DNA of 63,783 nt, counting the filler, from Chiloscyllium plagiosum (taxonomy: Eukaryota), in NCBI RefSeq assembly GCF_004010195.1. It is 4 parts of one record of this genome, joined end to end, with 100 filler letters (N's around TTAATTAATTAA, not from the genome) between each part and the next. Parts side by side here need not be neighbours in the genome. Positions count along the whole stretch, not along the records: positions 22,089 to 51,568 come from NC_057714.1; 3 more parts are not named here. One strand, written 5' to 3'. Each line of letters starts with the position of its first letter. Within the stretch, counting starts at the first letter, position 1. The notes under the pieces are model-generated. The model ran no database searches, was not told the origin of the DNA, and saw only the letters and a list, made by a program, of their open reading frames with translations. Position numbers and translations under genes: made by a program. Positions 24,249-37,944 of the stretch are shown one piece after another.

Positions 24249-24499
24249 CAGTCTTCTGCAGGACTTTATTCAATGTAGTGACATTTGTAGGGGTCCAGCT
24301 CCTTCACTTACTTATTGCTATTATTAGTATCGCACCCACATCTCACAGCTTGCTTACACTGTCAGCTATTCAACCGTGACAGCATCTCGACTGTTGCCAG
24401 GATACCAGGTACTGACCTGCATGATTCATGCTTATAGGCACACATCAGCTGCATGGTGAGGGAATTGAAACCTTTTCAATTCTATATTTGGCAGAACAG

Positions 24500-25820
24500 A
24501 CAAGTATCACCACAAGCTCCATTCATGCAGTCAATGGCAACCTGAAATCTCTAGGTCCAACGTATTCCACACTCTAACATTACTGCTAAGCCAGGAAACC
24601 AATACTAGTTCAATGACCAGTGCAGGTCTGAGAAAGGGTCACTCGACCCATAATGTTAACACTGATTTTTCTACACAGATGCTGAGTTTTGATTCTGATT
24701 TATAGCATCTGCAGTTCTTTCGGATGTTTTATTTAGTGCGGAATGTCATGTCAGGAATAGCATTAGATGTACCTAAAATTGACATACCATCCAAGTGAGG
24801 CTATAGCAGAAAATTACATGCAGACTATTCAATGCAAACAGTGTGCAACCCTTAAAGGGGTACTGTAACAAAATCAATCATTCAAAATTGCAATCAAAAC
24901 ACACGTTAAAATGTCATTTAGGACATTAATAATTATGCACTCCTGCCCAGCCTGTCCCCACCCATCATGGAATGTCCAGTTATGATTAGTGGACAATTAA
25001 TTTTTAATTTAGTAATTAGCTTCTTTTGACAGCTTTCCTCTTTGATTGTTTATCCCAAGGCAACCTGGTCACAAGATCCTTTACTTGCAGTTACAGAAGT
25101 CAACACTTCAATGTAAATTTTTTGACCTCAAAAGCGTTATGCATAAAAACGAGGTGAGAGTGACTGCCACTGGCATCAAAACAATGTGTGACCTAGTGTG
25201 GCATCATAGAACCCTAGAAATTTAAAATCAATAGGAACCAGCAGAGAAAAAAAATTGGCTACTGAAACAGGTCAGAGACTGAGAATTCTGAGGCAGGTAA
25301 TTCACCTCTCAATCTCACTAATCCTGTCCACTAGCCTCAAGGCACAAGTCAGAAATTTGTGATATTCCTCACTTGCCTGAATAAGTGCAGTACGAAGAAC
25401 ATTGAAGAAGTTTGACACAATCCAGGACAAAGTATCCCGCTTGATTGGCACCACATCCACAAGCATTCATTTCCTTCTTCACTGACAGAGTGGCATAAGT
25501 CAGTACGAGACACAAGACACAGTGCAATGACTCACCAAAGGCTCTTTTGACAGTATCTTCCCACCCTGCAACCTCTACCACCTAGAAAGACAATTGCATC
25601 ACTGATGTCTGGGGAATGCCATAAATTGCAAGTTCTCCTGTAATGCACACAGCATCTGGATGGCCCTTCACCGTCATTGGGTCAGAAATCTGGAATGTCC
25701 TTTCAAACCTGACTGTGGAAGTACCTGTACCAGATGGAATAGTTTAGTAATGCTGCTTACCATCACCATGTCAAGGTGAAATAATGATGGGCAATAAATA
25801 CTGGCCGAGCCAGCAATGCT
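24500..25820 (+). mobile_element. Old LINE (L2/CR1 group) remnants to the 3' end
   Basis: Degenerate sequence homologous to 49500-49620 and 55470-55790, ending in a GGGCAATAAATACTGGCC tail shared with SINEs in the window. Confidence 0.6.
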
Positions 25821-25821
25821 T

Positions 25822-26130
25822 ACTTTCTTTTGGCAAAGTAGGTGACAAACTGTGAGATGATGTTAAGTTTGCAGCTCAAGTCTGGGAAGCGCTCGATGCA
25901 TGAAAGATCATTGCTACAGTCACCATAACAGCAACTGGCAATTTGGGCCCTTGCCCTGCTGTGACATTGCAAGTACATACATCTTTAATGAAGCACAAAT
26001 ATTTGGCACATTGTTGCTTGCTGAAGTTCAGGACAACGTCTTGCTGAGAATCCTCTTTCCCCCTCTGCCTTGTAGCAATTTGCCCTGGTCTATCCAGTAT
26101 ATGTTCATTCTCCCTGTCTTGTTCCATTCC
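25822..26130 (-). pseudogene. Decayed PIF/Harbinger (HARBI1-like) transposase N-terminal fragment
   Basis: ORF 25876-26127 FSKQQCAKYLCFIKDVCT...LPVAVMVTVAMIFHASSASQ, then ISQF; resembles recalled LSEEQC.RRLRF.KE / LPVAVKVT.ALNFFASGSFQ / ISQ motifs. Confidence 0.7.
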
Positions 26131-26196
26131 AGGTTTGTGTAGAAGCCTGGAAGTCAGTAATAAGGCCTGCAGTGGCTTTTGGAAACTGTTTCAAAG

Positions 26197-28058
26197 AAGG
26201 CAAGGGCGTAATTGATATGTGGAGCTTGTTCAAGGAGCAACTATTGAGTGTCCTTGATAAGTATGTACCTGTCAGGCAGGGAGGAAAGGGTCGTGTGAGG
26301 GAGCCGTGGTTTAATAATGAATTGGAATCCCTTGTTAAATGGAAGAGGGTGGCCTATGTAAAGATGAGGCGTGAAGGTTCAATTGGGGTGATTGAGAGTT
26401 ATAAGGTAGCCAGGAAGGATCGGAAGAGAGAGCTAAGAGCAGCAAGGAGGGGACATGAAAAGTCCTTAGTTGGTAGGATTAGGGAAAACCCAAAGGCTTT
26501 CTATAGGAATAAAAGAATGGCTAGGGTAGGAATAGGTCCAGTCAAGGATAGTAGTGGGAAGTTGCGTGTGGAGGCGGAAGAGATTGGGGACACGCTGAAT
26601 GAATACTTTTCGTCAGTATTCACTCAGGAACAGAATATTCACATCGGCAACAATGTCGAGTCACAATTAATTAGAATGGACGGCTTTGAGGGATGTAGGG
26701 AAGAGGTGTTGGAAATTCTGGAAAGNNNNNNNNNNNNNNNNNNNNNNNNNNNNNNNNNNNNNNNNNNNNNNNNNNNNNNNNNNNNNNNNNNNNNNNNNNN
26801 NNNNNNNNNNNNNNNNNNNNNNNNNNNNNNNNNNNNNNNNNNNNNNNNNNNNNNNNNNNNNNNNNNNNNNNNNNNNNNNNNNNNNNNNNNNNNNNNNNNN
26901 NNNNNNNNNNNNNNNNNNNNNNNNNNNNNNNNNNNNNNNNNNNNNNNNNNNNNNNNNNNNNNNNNNNNNNNNNNNNNNNNNNNNNNNNNNNNNNNNNNNN
27001 NNNNNNNNNNNNNNNNNNNNNNNNNNNNNNNNNNNNNNNNNNNNNNNNNNNNNNNNNNNNNTGGAGTGCCGTTACTAGCGGTGTTCCGCAAGGATCTGTT
27101 TTGGGACCATTGCTGTTTGTCATTTTTATAAATGACCTGGAGGAGTGGTTAGAAGGTTGGGTGAGCAAGTTTGCGGATGATACGAAAGTCGGAGGAGTTG
27201 TTGACAGTGAGGAAGGATGTGGCAGGTTACAGCGGGATATAGATAAGCTGCAGAACTGGGCAGAAAGGTGGCAAATGGAGTTCAATGTAGCTAAGTGTGA
27301 GGTGATTCACTTTGGGAAGAATAACAAAAAGATGGGGTACTGGGCTAATGGTCGGATACTTGGTAGTGTGGATGAGCAGAGGGATCTTGGTGTCCATGTA
27401 CACAGATCTCTGAAAGTTGCCACCCAGGTAAATAGTGCGGTGAGGAAGGCATATGGCTTACTGGCTTTTATTGGTAGAGGAATTGGGTTCCGGAGTCCTG
27501 AGGTCATGATGCAGTTGTATAAGACTCTGGTGCGGCCGCATCTGGAATATTGTGTGCAGTTTTGGTCGCTATACTATAGGAAGGATGTGGAGGCACTGGA
27601 ACGGGTGCAGAGGAGGTTTACCAGGATGTTGCCTGGTATGGAAGGAAGATCGTATGAGGAAAGACTGAGACACTTGGGGCTGTTTTCATTAGAGAAAAGA
27701 AGTTTTAGGGGTGACTTGATTGAGGTGTACAAGATGATTAGGGGGTTAGATAGGGTTGACAGTGTGAACCTTTTCCCGCGTATGGAGTCGGGTATTACAA
27801 GGGGGCATAGCTTTAAATTAAGGGGGGGTAGATATAGGACTGAAGTTAGGGGTAGGTTCTTCACTCAGCGAGTCGCGAGTTCATGGAATGCCCTGCCAGT
27901 AGCAGTGGTGGACTCTACCTCTTTATGGGCATTTAAACGGGCATTGGATAGGCATATGGAGGATAGTGGGTTAGTATAGGTTAGGTGGGCTTGGATCAGC
28001 GCAACATCGAGGGCCAAAGGGCCTGTACTGCGCTGTATTTTTCTATGTTCTATGTTCT
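26197..28058 (+). mobile_element. Young CR1 LINE with internal N gap (26726-27061)
   Basis: Long open frames (26172 onward; 292 aa at 27101-27979), many CpGs retained, TTCTATG tail. Confidence 0.95.
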
Positions 28059-28074
28059 AAAAACAGAGAAGGAA

Positions 28075-28280
28075 TCCCAAAAGTTCTCCTCAATATATAT
28101 CCCTCAATCTACTTCACAGAAAACGCATTATCAAGTCATCACATTGCTTGTTGTGGGAATTAACTGTGCTCAAATTGGTTAAATTTGCCTATGTTACAGC
28201 AACTACACTACAAAAGTACTTGATGGATTGTAAAGTGCTTAGAGGAATTTCGTGATTGTAAAACTGTTTAAATGTGAGAC
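28075..28280 (+). mobile_element. Partial DeuSINE-like (SacSINE1-type) remnant
   Basis: aatatatatccctcaa...cacattgcttgttgtggga...tgtgctcaaattgg...gtaaagtgctt resembles the recalled Deu-domain 3' part. Confidence 0.55.
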
Positions 28281-29700
28281 TTCACGAGCATATAAAAACA
28301 TGGTGACCTGTGTAATTTATGATAGGAACTTGTAAATGTCCAGGTATTATTTTGGTTCATGAACAGTACAAAGTGCTCAAATGAAGGATGCTGCCAAGTT
28401 CAATTTCATGTCTATTTGTGTGCAGGAGACCAAAATTTGTGCTCATAAATCTACAATAGTTAGCAATAAATCCAATAGCAACTTGAGGAGAAACTTTACC
28501 CAGAGTACAGCTGAGATGAATCTCATAATAAACTTGAGAAGCTTGATAAGCACATGAGGGAAAAAGATTGAGAAGATTTTGCTGATTGGATTAGATGCCT
28601 TAAAACTAGCATGGAGCAGTTGGACCAAGCACTTATTTTTTCTGATATGTAATGTATATAACTTGATTAGATATTTTCCAATCAACCCATTCAGGGACGT
28701 TAATACACACCTCTGGAACAGGTGAGACTTGAAGCTGGACTTTACATTCTCCTTCAGACAATCAAACTGCAATCGGAAATTAGATTTCAAAGTGGTGAGA
28801 ACTGAATATATATCAGCAAGTAGTTGAAAATCTGCTTGTAAGCTTTTTGGAGTTAAAGTAAAAATTACAGGCAGCAGATGCAGTCAGATCCTTTGATTTC
28901 CTTCTTTTCCAGCAGTATTTTATTTTAGTTTCATCGCTGAACCATGAATGAATTTGCTCTATCAATAAATTAATTCTTGATGCAAACTTTACCATCAAAA
29001 AATACACTTCCACCGTATTACATGTAAAAACTGAAATTGCCCATAATCTACATGTAAGAATTATTAAATCTGTTCAAGCATGTAATGGAAATTATTTGCA
29101 ACTATTTAAATATATTCTTTTCTCATTTCTGTGACTCAATGTTGTAAAGATCAAAACTGCTTATATGTGCTCGCAACTGCACACAAATTCCAAAGTTAAA
29201 CACTAAGCACTTACGAACTTTTGGATACTAACCAGAAGGAACCATTATTTTGTTTTGCCAATTTCCTGTCCAAAGTTTCATCTGTTCCCACGGTCCTTTG
29301 AAGGATACTTTTAATACTTGTGGTACACCGTAATTTAAAATAATTCTCACAGTATGTGAAATGTCAAAACATATATTGTTATAACATGTATTGTTGATTT
29401 CAAATATGTGGAACACTGCAAAATATAGTTTTAATTTTAATAAGACATTTTCCTTATTTCTTTTCAGGCTTTTCATTATCAAGTTCCTGTTGAAGTAATT
29501 GGTAGGTTTTTCCAACCTCACATTCATTCTCTATTAACAGTATAAAATAAAATATATTCCAACCAGTTTAGACATACACCCGCTATGACAGACCATCTAA
29601 GAAAATGGTTTAAAATTCATCACAACCACTTTGCAACCAAAACACCCTAAAAAAAAACTATCTCCAATGTTCAAATAAGATGTATCAAAGATATCATGAC

Positions 29701-30013
29701 TGAAACCAAAATAGAAAGTGTTGGAGAAGCTCAGCAGGTCTGGCAGCATCTATGAAAAGAGAAACAAATTAACATTTTGATTCCAAGGGATGATTCGATC
29801 AATATTAATTGGTCTCAAAACATTCATTTTTTTTCTTTCCAGACATGCTGCCAGACCTGTTGAGTTTCATTGGGACGATTCGATCAATATTAATTGGTCT
29901 CAAAACATTCATTCTCTTTTCTTCCCAGACATGCTGCCAGACCTGTTGAGTTTCTCCAGCACTTTCTGTGTTTGAAATCTCAGAGTTTCATCGACTGCAG
30001 CATTTTGTTTGTT
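29701..30013. mobile_element. Fold-back PLE derivative, family C, with an internal 85-bp tandem duplication
   Basis: ctcagcaggtctggcagcat is inverted with atgctgccagacctgttgag; TSD-like AAAGATATCATGAC (29687-29700) and AAAGATGTTGTGAC (30014-30027). Confidence 0.75.
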
Positions 30014-30619
30014 AAAGATGTTGTGACATTTTCCTTTAGATGTTCTAGGCAAGTATTGAGACAAGTGACTTTTTTATGTATTGTGAAAACTTTTGCCACC
30101 ATAAAGCACGAATAGTTGAAGTAATTTAAAAGCAGGAAATAGTTTTTTTAGCCGAAGAAACCTATTGGTTTTGGGTCAATCTCACCTCTACCATCTGCAT
30201 TACAATGTTATCAGATTCTGACAAAGGCACTATTGAGTGAGACATTTTTAACCAAGTGATAAAAGTTACAGTAACAAATGAATACAGAAACCAAGTTGAT
30301 TAAGATGTCAAAATTAAGATCCTAGGTTTTGTTTTTGGAAATTGAGTATCAGAGGAAACATGAAATGTTTGTGTATCATCAGCAACCCTGAACTTCAGAT
30401 ACTGGCCAGGAGCTTGTGGGAGTAATTGTAGTATATTAGAATGGTAACTATGTGCTAATAGTTAAATTGCACCATCAGTAATGTCAGAAGATGTCAGATC
30501 TCATGGGACTGAGACTTGTAGGAAGAAATTTCCAGTGAAATCCTGCTTCACCATGCCATTATATAAAGTTTAATGGTTAATAAATGCTATTAGCTTCCAC
30601 TTAGTACGGTGTCAGTCTT

Positions 30620-31550
30620 AAATTGGAACCCCTTTATTCTGAGACTCTGGCCTCTGCTTCTGGACTCTGCCATGAGGGGAAACACCCTCCCAGCATTTAC
30701 CTGTCAGGTCCCTAAAGAGTCTAATATGTTTCAATGATGTCATAGAGTCAGAGAAGTGTACAGCACAGAAACAGACCCTTCAGTCCAACCTGTCCATATC
30801 CTAACCTAATCTAATCTCATTTGCCAGCACTTGGCCCATGTCCCCCTCAACCCTTTCTATTCATATACCCATCCAGGTGCCTATTAAATGTTCTAATTGT
30901 ACCAGTCTCTTCCACTTCCTCTGGCAGCTCGTTCCATACACACACCACTCTCTGTCTGAAAAAGTTTCCCCTTAGGTCCCTTTTAAATCTTTCCCCTCTC
31001 ACCCTTAACCTATACCCTTTAGTTCTGGACTCCCCCACCTCAGGGAAAAGACCTTGTCTATTTACCCTATCCATGTCCCTCATGATTTTATAAAACTCAA
31101 GAAGGTCACCTCTCATTCTTCTAAACGCCAGTGAGTAGCATCCCAAACTGTTTAGCCTTTGCTCATAAGACAATCCCTCCATACCAGGGATCATCCTAGT
31201 GAACCTTCTCTGAACTGCCTCCAATTAAATAATATCTTTCCTTAAATAAGGGGACAAAAACTGCTCACAGTGCTCCAGATTTGGCCTCACCAGCACCTTG
31301 TACAGTGGTATACTCCAACTCCCTTGAAATAAAGGCCCATTCGATTAGCCTTCCTGATTACCTGCTGCCCCTGTGTCTAGCTCCCTGTGTTTATGCACAA
31401 GTATCTCCAAATCCTTTTGTGTTGCAGCTTTCTGTGGCTTTTCTCCATTTAAATAATATTCTGTTCTTTTGTTTTCCCTTCCAAACTGAACAATTTTGTA
31501 TTTTCCCACATCGCGTCTCATTTGCCAACTTTCTGCCCACGTGGAGCAAA
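30620..31550 (-). mobile_element. CR1 fragment with a nested HER1-like 3' end (about 30739-31100)
   Basis: ORF 30847-31224 VQRRFTRMIPG...RRMRGDLLEFYKIM; gtcatagagtc tail inside an older copy. Confidence 0.85.
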
Positions 31551-31554
31551 TGAC

Positions 31555-31715
31555 TTTTTTCGACCATTGACAGTGGTTACATGGTGACCATATGGCCAGT
31601 TTTTAATTCCAAATTTCACAAACTGCAATGGTGGGATTCAAAAACGTGCCTCCAGAACATTAACATTTTCTCTGGATTACTAGTTTAGTGGCAGTACCAC
31701 TACATCACTGTCTCC
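31555..31715 (-). mobile_element. tRNA-derived SINE 5' fragment
   Basis: Reverse complement has gtagtggtactgccactaaactagtaatccagag...gaatcccacc, same family as 34170 and 47205. Confidence 0.65.
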
Positions 31716-32506
31716 CACTCTTATTGTCCTCAGGGAGCTGAATCACAAATGAAAACTGCTGAAGCTTTAAAATCTTCAGAAGGGAGCAAGATGGCTAGAT
31801 CATTTAAGAAGCTTTGGCTCAAAGAGTTAGAAGGGGACCTTCCATCACATATGCAGAAGGTTTCAGAGCTTCAACACTGAGTTTCTGCAGACAGTCCCTC
31901 ACACATAGTGGCAGAAATCATCGCTCTAAATATAAAACATAAGCTTACAACGATGAGCCAATGAACATTTAAAAAAAAACACTTGCCAGAAAAACTTGAA
32001 ACCTCAAGCCCACCGGTAAGTAATTCAAGGACTGCAAACTACCATTGGGAAGCTCTCCAAGTAAATGTGACTGATAAATCCAAGTTAAAACAAGCCAATA
32101 TTGAGAATTCAAAGATTAATCTGTAAAAACCGAAGTTGAAAATTGGAACTGAATTTACTTAGTAGATCAAGGAATGACTCTAGCTTTCTGTAAAAAACTC
32201 CCCAGACTCCAGACTTTCTAGGTCTGAGCAGTACCTCAGGAAAACTTAATACTGGACATCAAATAAAACTTGAGAATAGAAGTTCCTAACATTTGGAAAA
32301 GTGTAACGATCTAAATGTAATTTAATTAACAATCCAGCACACACTGTTAAACAAAAGAGGGACTCTCACAATAGAAATTCTGCTATGTCAGAAAATGGAC
32401 ATATTGCAACAGAGGACTGTGTTAATGCTGTATTGCATCCAAAAAGAGTACAAGAACCTCAGTGGAACATGTTGACAACAGAACAGGTATCAGAAGGAAC
32501 AGATAC

Positions 32507-32595
32507 CTGGGACTAGATTGGGTTGGGATATCTGGTCGGCATGGACGGGTTGGACTGAAGGGTCTGTTTCCATGCTGTACATCTCTATGACTCTG
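32507..32595 (+). mobile_element. Very short CR1 3' tail insertion
   Basis: Nearly identical to 6813-6900. Confidence 0.9.
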
Positions 32596-34169
32596 TATAG
32601 ATGTCCTTCCTATACCAAATGCTTCTTGCATCAAAAATACCAGATGACAACAGTGAAGCTGTTGCATTATCAATGAATTTGTAGATCTCAGGATCATTGA
32701 CGGGCTTCCTCTGCATCTGAATCCAGATATTAGACCCCAAGAGGGTCTATATTCTGCCAAGGTTCTGCTGCTGGACCTTTTGACTGGTCATTGTCTGCAG
32801 AGAAGCAGCTTCAAGATGAAGCAAATATGGATGTAATACCACTGACCACAGAAAGGAAAATTACTACCTTCAAAGTAGTAAGTTGGTCCTCATTTCCTCA
32901 TCTCCAGTATTATCTTCAGAATGTTCCTCATGCTTCGCTTTCACCTTCCAGAATCATGACTGAATAAAATGCTGAATCATTTTATTCTGCATCTGTGGAT
33001 TACATGGCTCCAAAGTTCTTCATAGGAGCTGAAAGTTCTTTTTTATTTTGTTTTAACATTTCTGCAGTGTGAAAAGCAGAAGTTAAGATTGAGAATATCA
33101 ATTTATTATTTTCCTCTTCATGGAGATGTGGTAGTTTCACTCTTGGAGATTTGTTTCCTGAATCAGATTTTCCTTGAATCAGTCTTCACTACCCTTAGAA
33201 ATATAGAAATAGAAAAGAGGAGCAGGAGTAGGCCATTCAGCCCTTCCAAACTGCACCACAATTCAATATGATCATGGCTGATCATGCAACTCCATACCCT
33301 GTTCCCACATTCTCCACATATTCTGTAAAAACATAGTCACAGTATCAACTGTTCTGAGAGGCTAGCATCCATCTCTGTTAATGTGGAAACTTTCAAAGAT
33401 GAGACAATGAAACAAAGTCATTTGTCACTGCCTGAAAATGAACCAAGAATACTATTGAGCATGACATCTTTGTCAAAGGGGAGTTGGGGTGGTTAGAAAG
33501 ATGGAATTGGAAGTTGAATCAAAATGTAAATAATCAACACTTTGTAGGTAGAGTGAACTTGGGGAGAGGTGCAGTATATAGGACTATATGCTGGATCATC
33601 CGTGGTGTTAGAAAATATTAGATCACATGGGACTGGCACCTGAGAGAAGAGGATCCAGTTGATTCTTTCTGTGCTGTGTTTCTGCCTATAGTTTAATGGT
33701 TAATAAATGCTACTAGTTTGCACTAGCATGGTGTCCAGTTCTCATCTGTCTGCAGTTCCCAGAAAATTGTTTCTGACATTCCTACAATAATCATAGTAAA
33801 ACTGTCAACATTCACTATCATTAATCCTCCAAAACTGACAGCAATTGCTGGAGTCTGCAGACAAGTGGTTAAATATCGAAATCTAGAAGCTGCTGTCAAT
33901 GATTGTCCATGTCCCCAGACAGCAGGCAGCTAGAAATCACTGAGTGAGGAAAACCTTCCCTATTACAGTAAAAACCTTGATGTAAACACACTTGAAAAAG
34001 TTATATTGTGTAAAAAATACAATAAAATTGGGGTTTGAATTGTTGCTTAATTTCACGTCTACTGTTGAATAAACTCACAGCTCTTATGATGAAAATACAA
34101 AAGAGTTTGAAGTAATTCTAAACTAAAATTCATGATGCTTTAACTTTTGTAGTTATCTTGTTTATTAAT

Positions 34170-34602
34170 GATATAGTGATAATGTCACCATGAATGAATG
34201 ATTTTATTGTTGTGTGTATTTCACAGTGAGAACAACAGTAAGATACAGAGAAAAGCTTTTCCACTACTCTAGTAATCCAGAGCGCCAGACAAATGTTCTA
34301 GGAACTGGGTTCAAATTCCAAACTAACAAATGGTGAAGATTTGAACTCAACAAAAACAAGTCTAGAATTACAAGCTGGTTTAATGGCAACCACGTAACCA
34401 TTACCAAATACTGTAAACACCGACCTGGTTCACTAATGCCCTTTAGGGAATGAAACCTGCCACCATTTCCCACTCTGGTCTACATGTCACACCAGAGTCA
34501 TAGCAATGCGGTTAACTTGTAACTGCTCTCTGTGCAATTGGGGATTGGCAATAAATGCTGGTCTAACCAATAAAATCCACATGCCATGAAAGAATGAAAA
34601 AA
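34170..34602 (+). mobile_element. tRNA-derived SINE with LINE-like tail
   Basis: B box GGGTTCAAATTCC, core ctggttcactaatgccctttagggaa, tail ggcaataaatgctgg. Confidence 0.75.
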
Positions 34603-35604
34603 ATGCCCCAACTGATAATGTGTCATTTCTCCCAGTTTGCAAATTGTGAGGATAATCAATACTATTATTGCTGGACAATGAGCTATCACAACAATATTGC
34701 ACCTGGTCCAATCAGATTTCAGAAATGGGGATAGCCACACCACAGAGATCTTTTTGCTGAAAAAAATACATGTTTTGTCAAAGCTTTTTGTCTTGTATTC
34801 ATCACGACAATGTGCAAGAAATACCAAAGAAAATAGAAAAAGACGTTTATTCTGTATGAGAGCGATACATTGGTAAATGAACAGTGATTGGAGGAGACAT
34901 TGCTATGGAGAATGCACAAGTTAATGATTACAGCCAACTGCTAAGCTTTGATTAAATTTTAAGCAAGGAAGGTTGGCTCTGGTTAATCAGAGCATTGCCC
35001 TGAGAAATGAATCAATGAATGACTGTTACCTATTTTGCTGTGTTCAATCAAGTACAGTGTATACATAATTTTTCTGTCTGCAAAGAACAAGTCTGTGCAC
35101 ATTAATATTTGTAGTTCCTGTACATGCAAGCTACTATCAAATGACCAGATCAAGAGATCCATACATTTTCTTCAAGGTCAGCTTCAAGCTCCATTGTCAA
35201 ACTTAAAACTGGGGCCTTTATGTCCAGTTATAATCACCTGATTTCAGAGAGGATCTTGAAGTCATGCAATGGATTCACTAAGAAGCAGTTCACCATGACA
35301 TAATCAGGGATCGGATGCTTCAGTATTACAAAACAATAGAGCTAATTGTAGGCTTTCCTTAAAGACTTTAAGATGTAAAGCAAGAGTTACTTGTTGAGGT
35401 AAATGTAAATTGTCAAAGGAATGTGCTGAATACTGAGTTGAGAAGTTAAACAGCATAGATTTTAAAAATCACTAAAAAAGGAAGCAGAATCCATAATGAA
35501 TTTAAAATAGGTGTGGATGAATATTTGAAGATAAATTTAACTAGTGTACAAGGAACTATCAAAATCAATCAAATAATACTAAATGGTTATATGCTTTTCA
35601 CACA

Positions 35605-37010
35605 GAAACAGAATGGTTACAGCACAGAAGAAAATTAATCAGTCCATCCTGTCTGTGCTGACCTTTGAAGGAGCAATTCAAGTGATACCACTCCCCCATC
35701 TTTGTCCGTGTGGCTGTGTGCATTTCTCTTTTTCAAATATTAATCTAATTCCCTTTTGAGTTTGTTGATTAAATCTGCCTCCACTGCACTTTCAGGCAAT
35801 GCATTGCAGAACCTAAAGGCTTGCTGCGTGAAAAAGTGTTATTTCATGTTACCATTTTTTTTGCCAATTACTTTAAATGACTTCCCTCCAGTTTTAAATA
35901 CTTTTTTGTCAATTATTCCTGAGTGGTGGGCGTAGCTGGCTTGGGCAGCACTTATTGCCTATTCCCAATTGCCCTTGGGAATATGGTAGTGAGCTGCCCT
36001 CTTGTACTACTGCAATGCTTCTACCAATCAAGGCCGTTTCTCTCCTATCTGCTCTATCCAACTTGAATGCCTCTATCAAATCTCCTTTTAACCTACCTTT
36101 CTCAAGAAAATAATCCCAATTTCTCTACATATTTCAATTTCCTCATTCCCTATCATAGATATTATTAATCACTCTCTCAACATGTTCTGCCAACTTCAAT
36201 GATTCATGCACATGAATATTAGTGTCTTCTGTGCCTGCAACTCTTTTAGAATCATATATTTTATTTGCTGTTGTCTAGTTCATGTCTCATGAGCTCCAGT
36301 ATGAACTTTTCTCCAGTCAAGAAAACAACTATTCACCACTACTTTCTGATTGCTGTCACTCAACCAATTTTATACCTATTTTGCTTCTACCTCTCTTATC
36401 CCATGAGTTCTAACTTTGCTCACATTTCTATCATGCAGAACTTTATCAAATGCCTTTGAAAATACATGTAGACAAAATCACAGCAATACCTCCTTCAACT
36501 CTCTTTGTTATCTCAGCAGAAAAACTCAAGCACAATTAATTGAACATTATTTTCTCTTAAATCTCTGGTGTCTACTTTTAAAATTAATCCATATTTGTTC
36601 AGGTGACTATTAATTTTAACCTGAATTATAAATTCTAAAACTTGCCTGACCACTGAGGGTAACCTGTACTTGTTGGGCTTTTATTTTGAAGAAGACTAAA
36701 TTTTGCTATTTTCCTGAAGATCAGAAAATTATGGGCCGTGTTCCTCAATTTTCATTCTCATTTCCCTTAGCAGCCGTGGATGCATCTCATCCAGTCCTAG
36801 CACCTTAACCATTAAGAACAAAACTGCTACTCCAATAATTCCTCCTTGTCAACTTTAAACAGAGGAAGTATCTGAACAACCTATTTCACTTTGAGCTGGC
36901 ATCACCTGAGCCCTGGATGAAGACAGCTGCAAAATATTAAAATGAGCACTTCCTTGAATCCATGTGCAAATCACCTTTTAGTGCATTACCTGCCTCACTT
37001 CTCCTTTCAC
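35605..37010 (-). mobile_element. Highly decayed CR1
   Basis: Patchy minus-strand RT words such as actttatcaaatgcctttgaaaatacatgtagac (VYMYFQRHLIK/DF.KAFDKV region). Confidence 0.6.
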
Positions 37011-37056
37011 CACGTTTTGACCACAGGCAGACCTGATTGAAGCATTCATTATGGCA

Positions 37057-37286
37057 TTGTTGTGTCACCATACCCCTTACCAGACGATAGGGGCTGCTCT
37101 AATTAGAGAGAGAATCGACTGGTTGGAGACTTAACCTGAGGGCCACCAAACCTCAAGCGAAGAAAGAAGTTGAGAAGGAGATTCCTTCATGGTAACTTCA
37201 AACCAGTGATGGGAATTGAACCCACGCTGTTGGCATCACACTGCTCTGTAAACCAATGATCCAGCCAATTGAGCTAAACCGATTCC
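37057..37286 (-). mobile_element. tRNA-derived SINE with 10-bp TSD
   Basis: Minus-strand A box TAGCTCAATTGG and B box GGTTCAATTCC; TSD CATTATGGCA at 37047-37056 and 37287-37296; body also present at 44290-44425. Confidence 0.85.
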
Positions 37287-37944
37287 CATTATGGCACTAG
37301 ATGATTAATTAAATAAAACTAATATTCAGGGTCATGGATCAAAAGTAGGAGATTGGCAACAAGTCATAATGCTCAATCAGGGAGACATTTTAGACATGAT
37401 GGGCCAACAACTCTGAAATATACCTATAGCCTATCATCGATAAGAAGCCCATCGACAGTATTGTGGAATCAGAAAGACAACATTAAGTTGGATCTGGTAT
37501 GTCCTTTACCACAAAAAGTGGTATCCCCTCCCAAAACTGTCCTCTCTGGAATGTCTCAGGGTATTGTGTTGAGACCTTTAATCTTTCTGACAAACATGGA
37601 TAAACTCCTTAACAACTTTTTAAAAATATAGTGTAATTATTTGCATATGACTGAGTGGTTTAAACATCACAAAAACCTCAAGATTATGTAATTTACTGCA
37701 AGTTGATCTTCTGGAATTATGAAAGATCATAGGTCCAAGAGGAGATAACTTAAAAGCTGCTATACCATGTTATTTACTGACAAAGAAGATACTCGACAAA
37801 TTGCTTTAAGTTCCAAAATCAAATTCTCCAAACAGATCTTACGTAACCATACCCTGGGGGGTCACCTAAAAAAACAATCTCCAATAGTGCTTCCACATTC
37901 AGTAAAGTTGTAAATTTTTGAACTTGAGTTCTGAAGAAGATAGA

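Noticed and set aside
26172..27285. Long ORFs spanning X runs
   Set aside because: Lengths are inflated by the N gap; the underlying sequence is CR1 ORF2.
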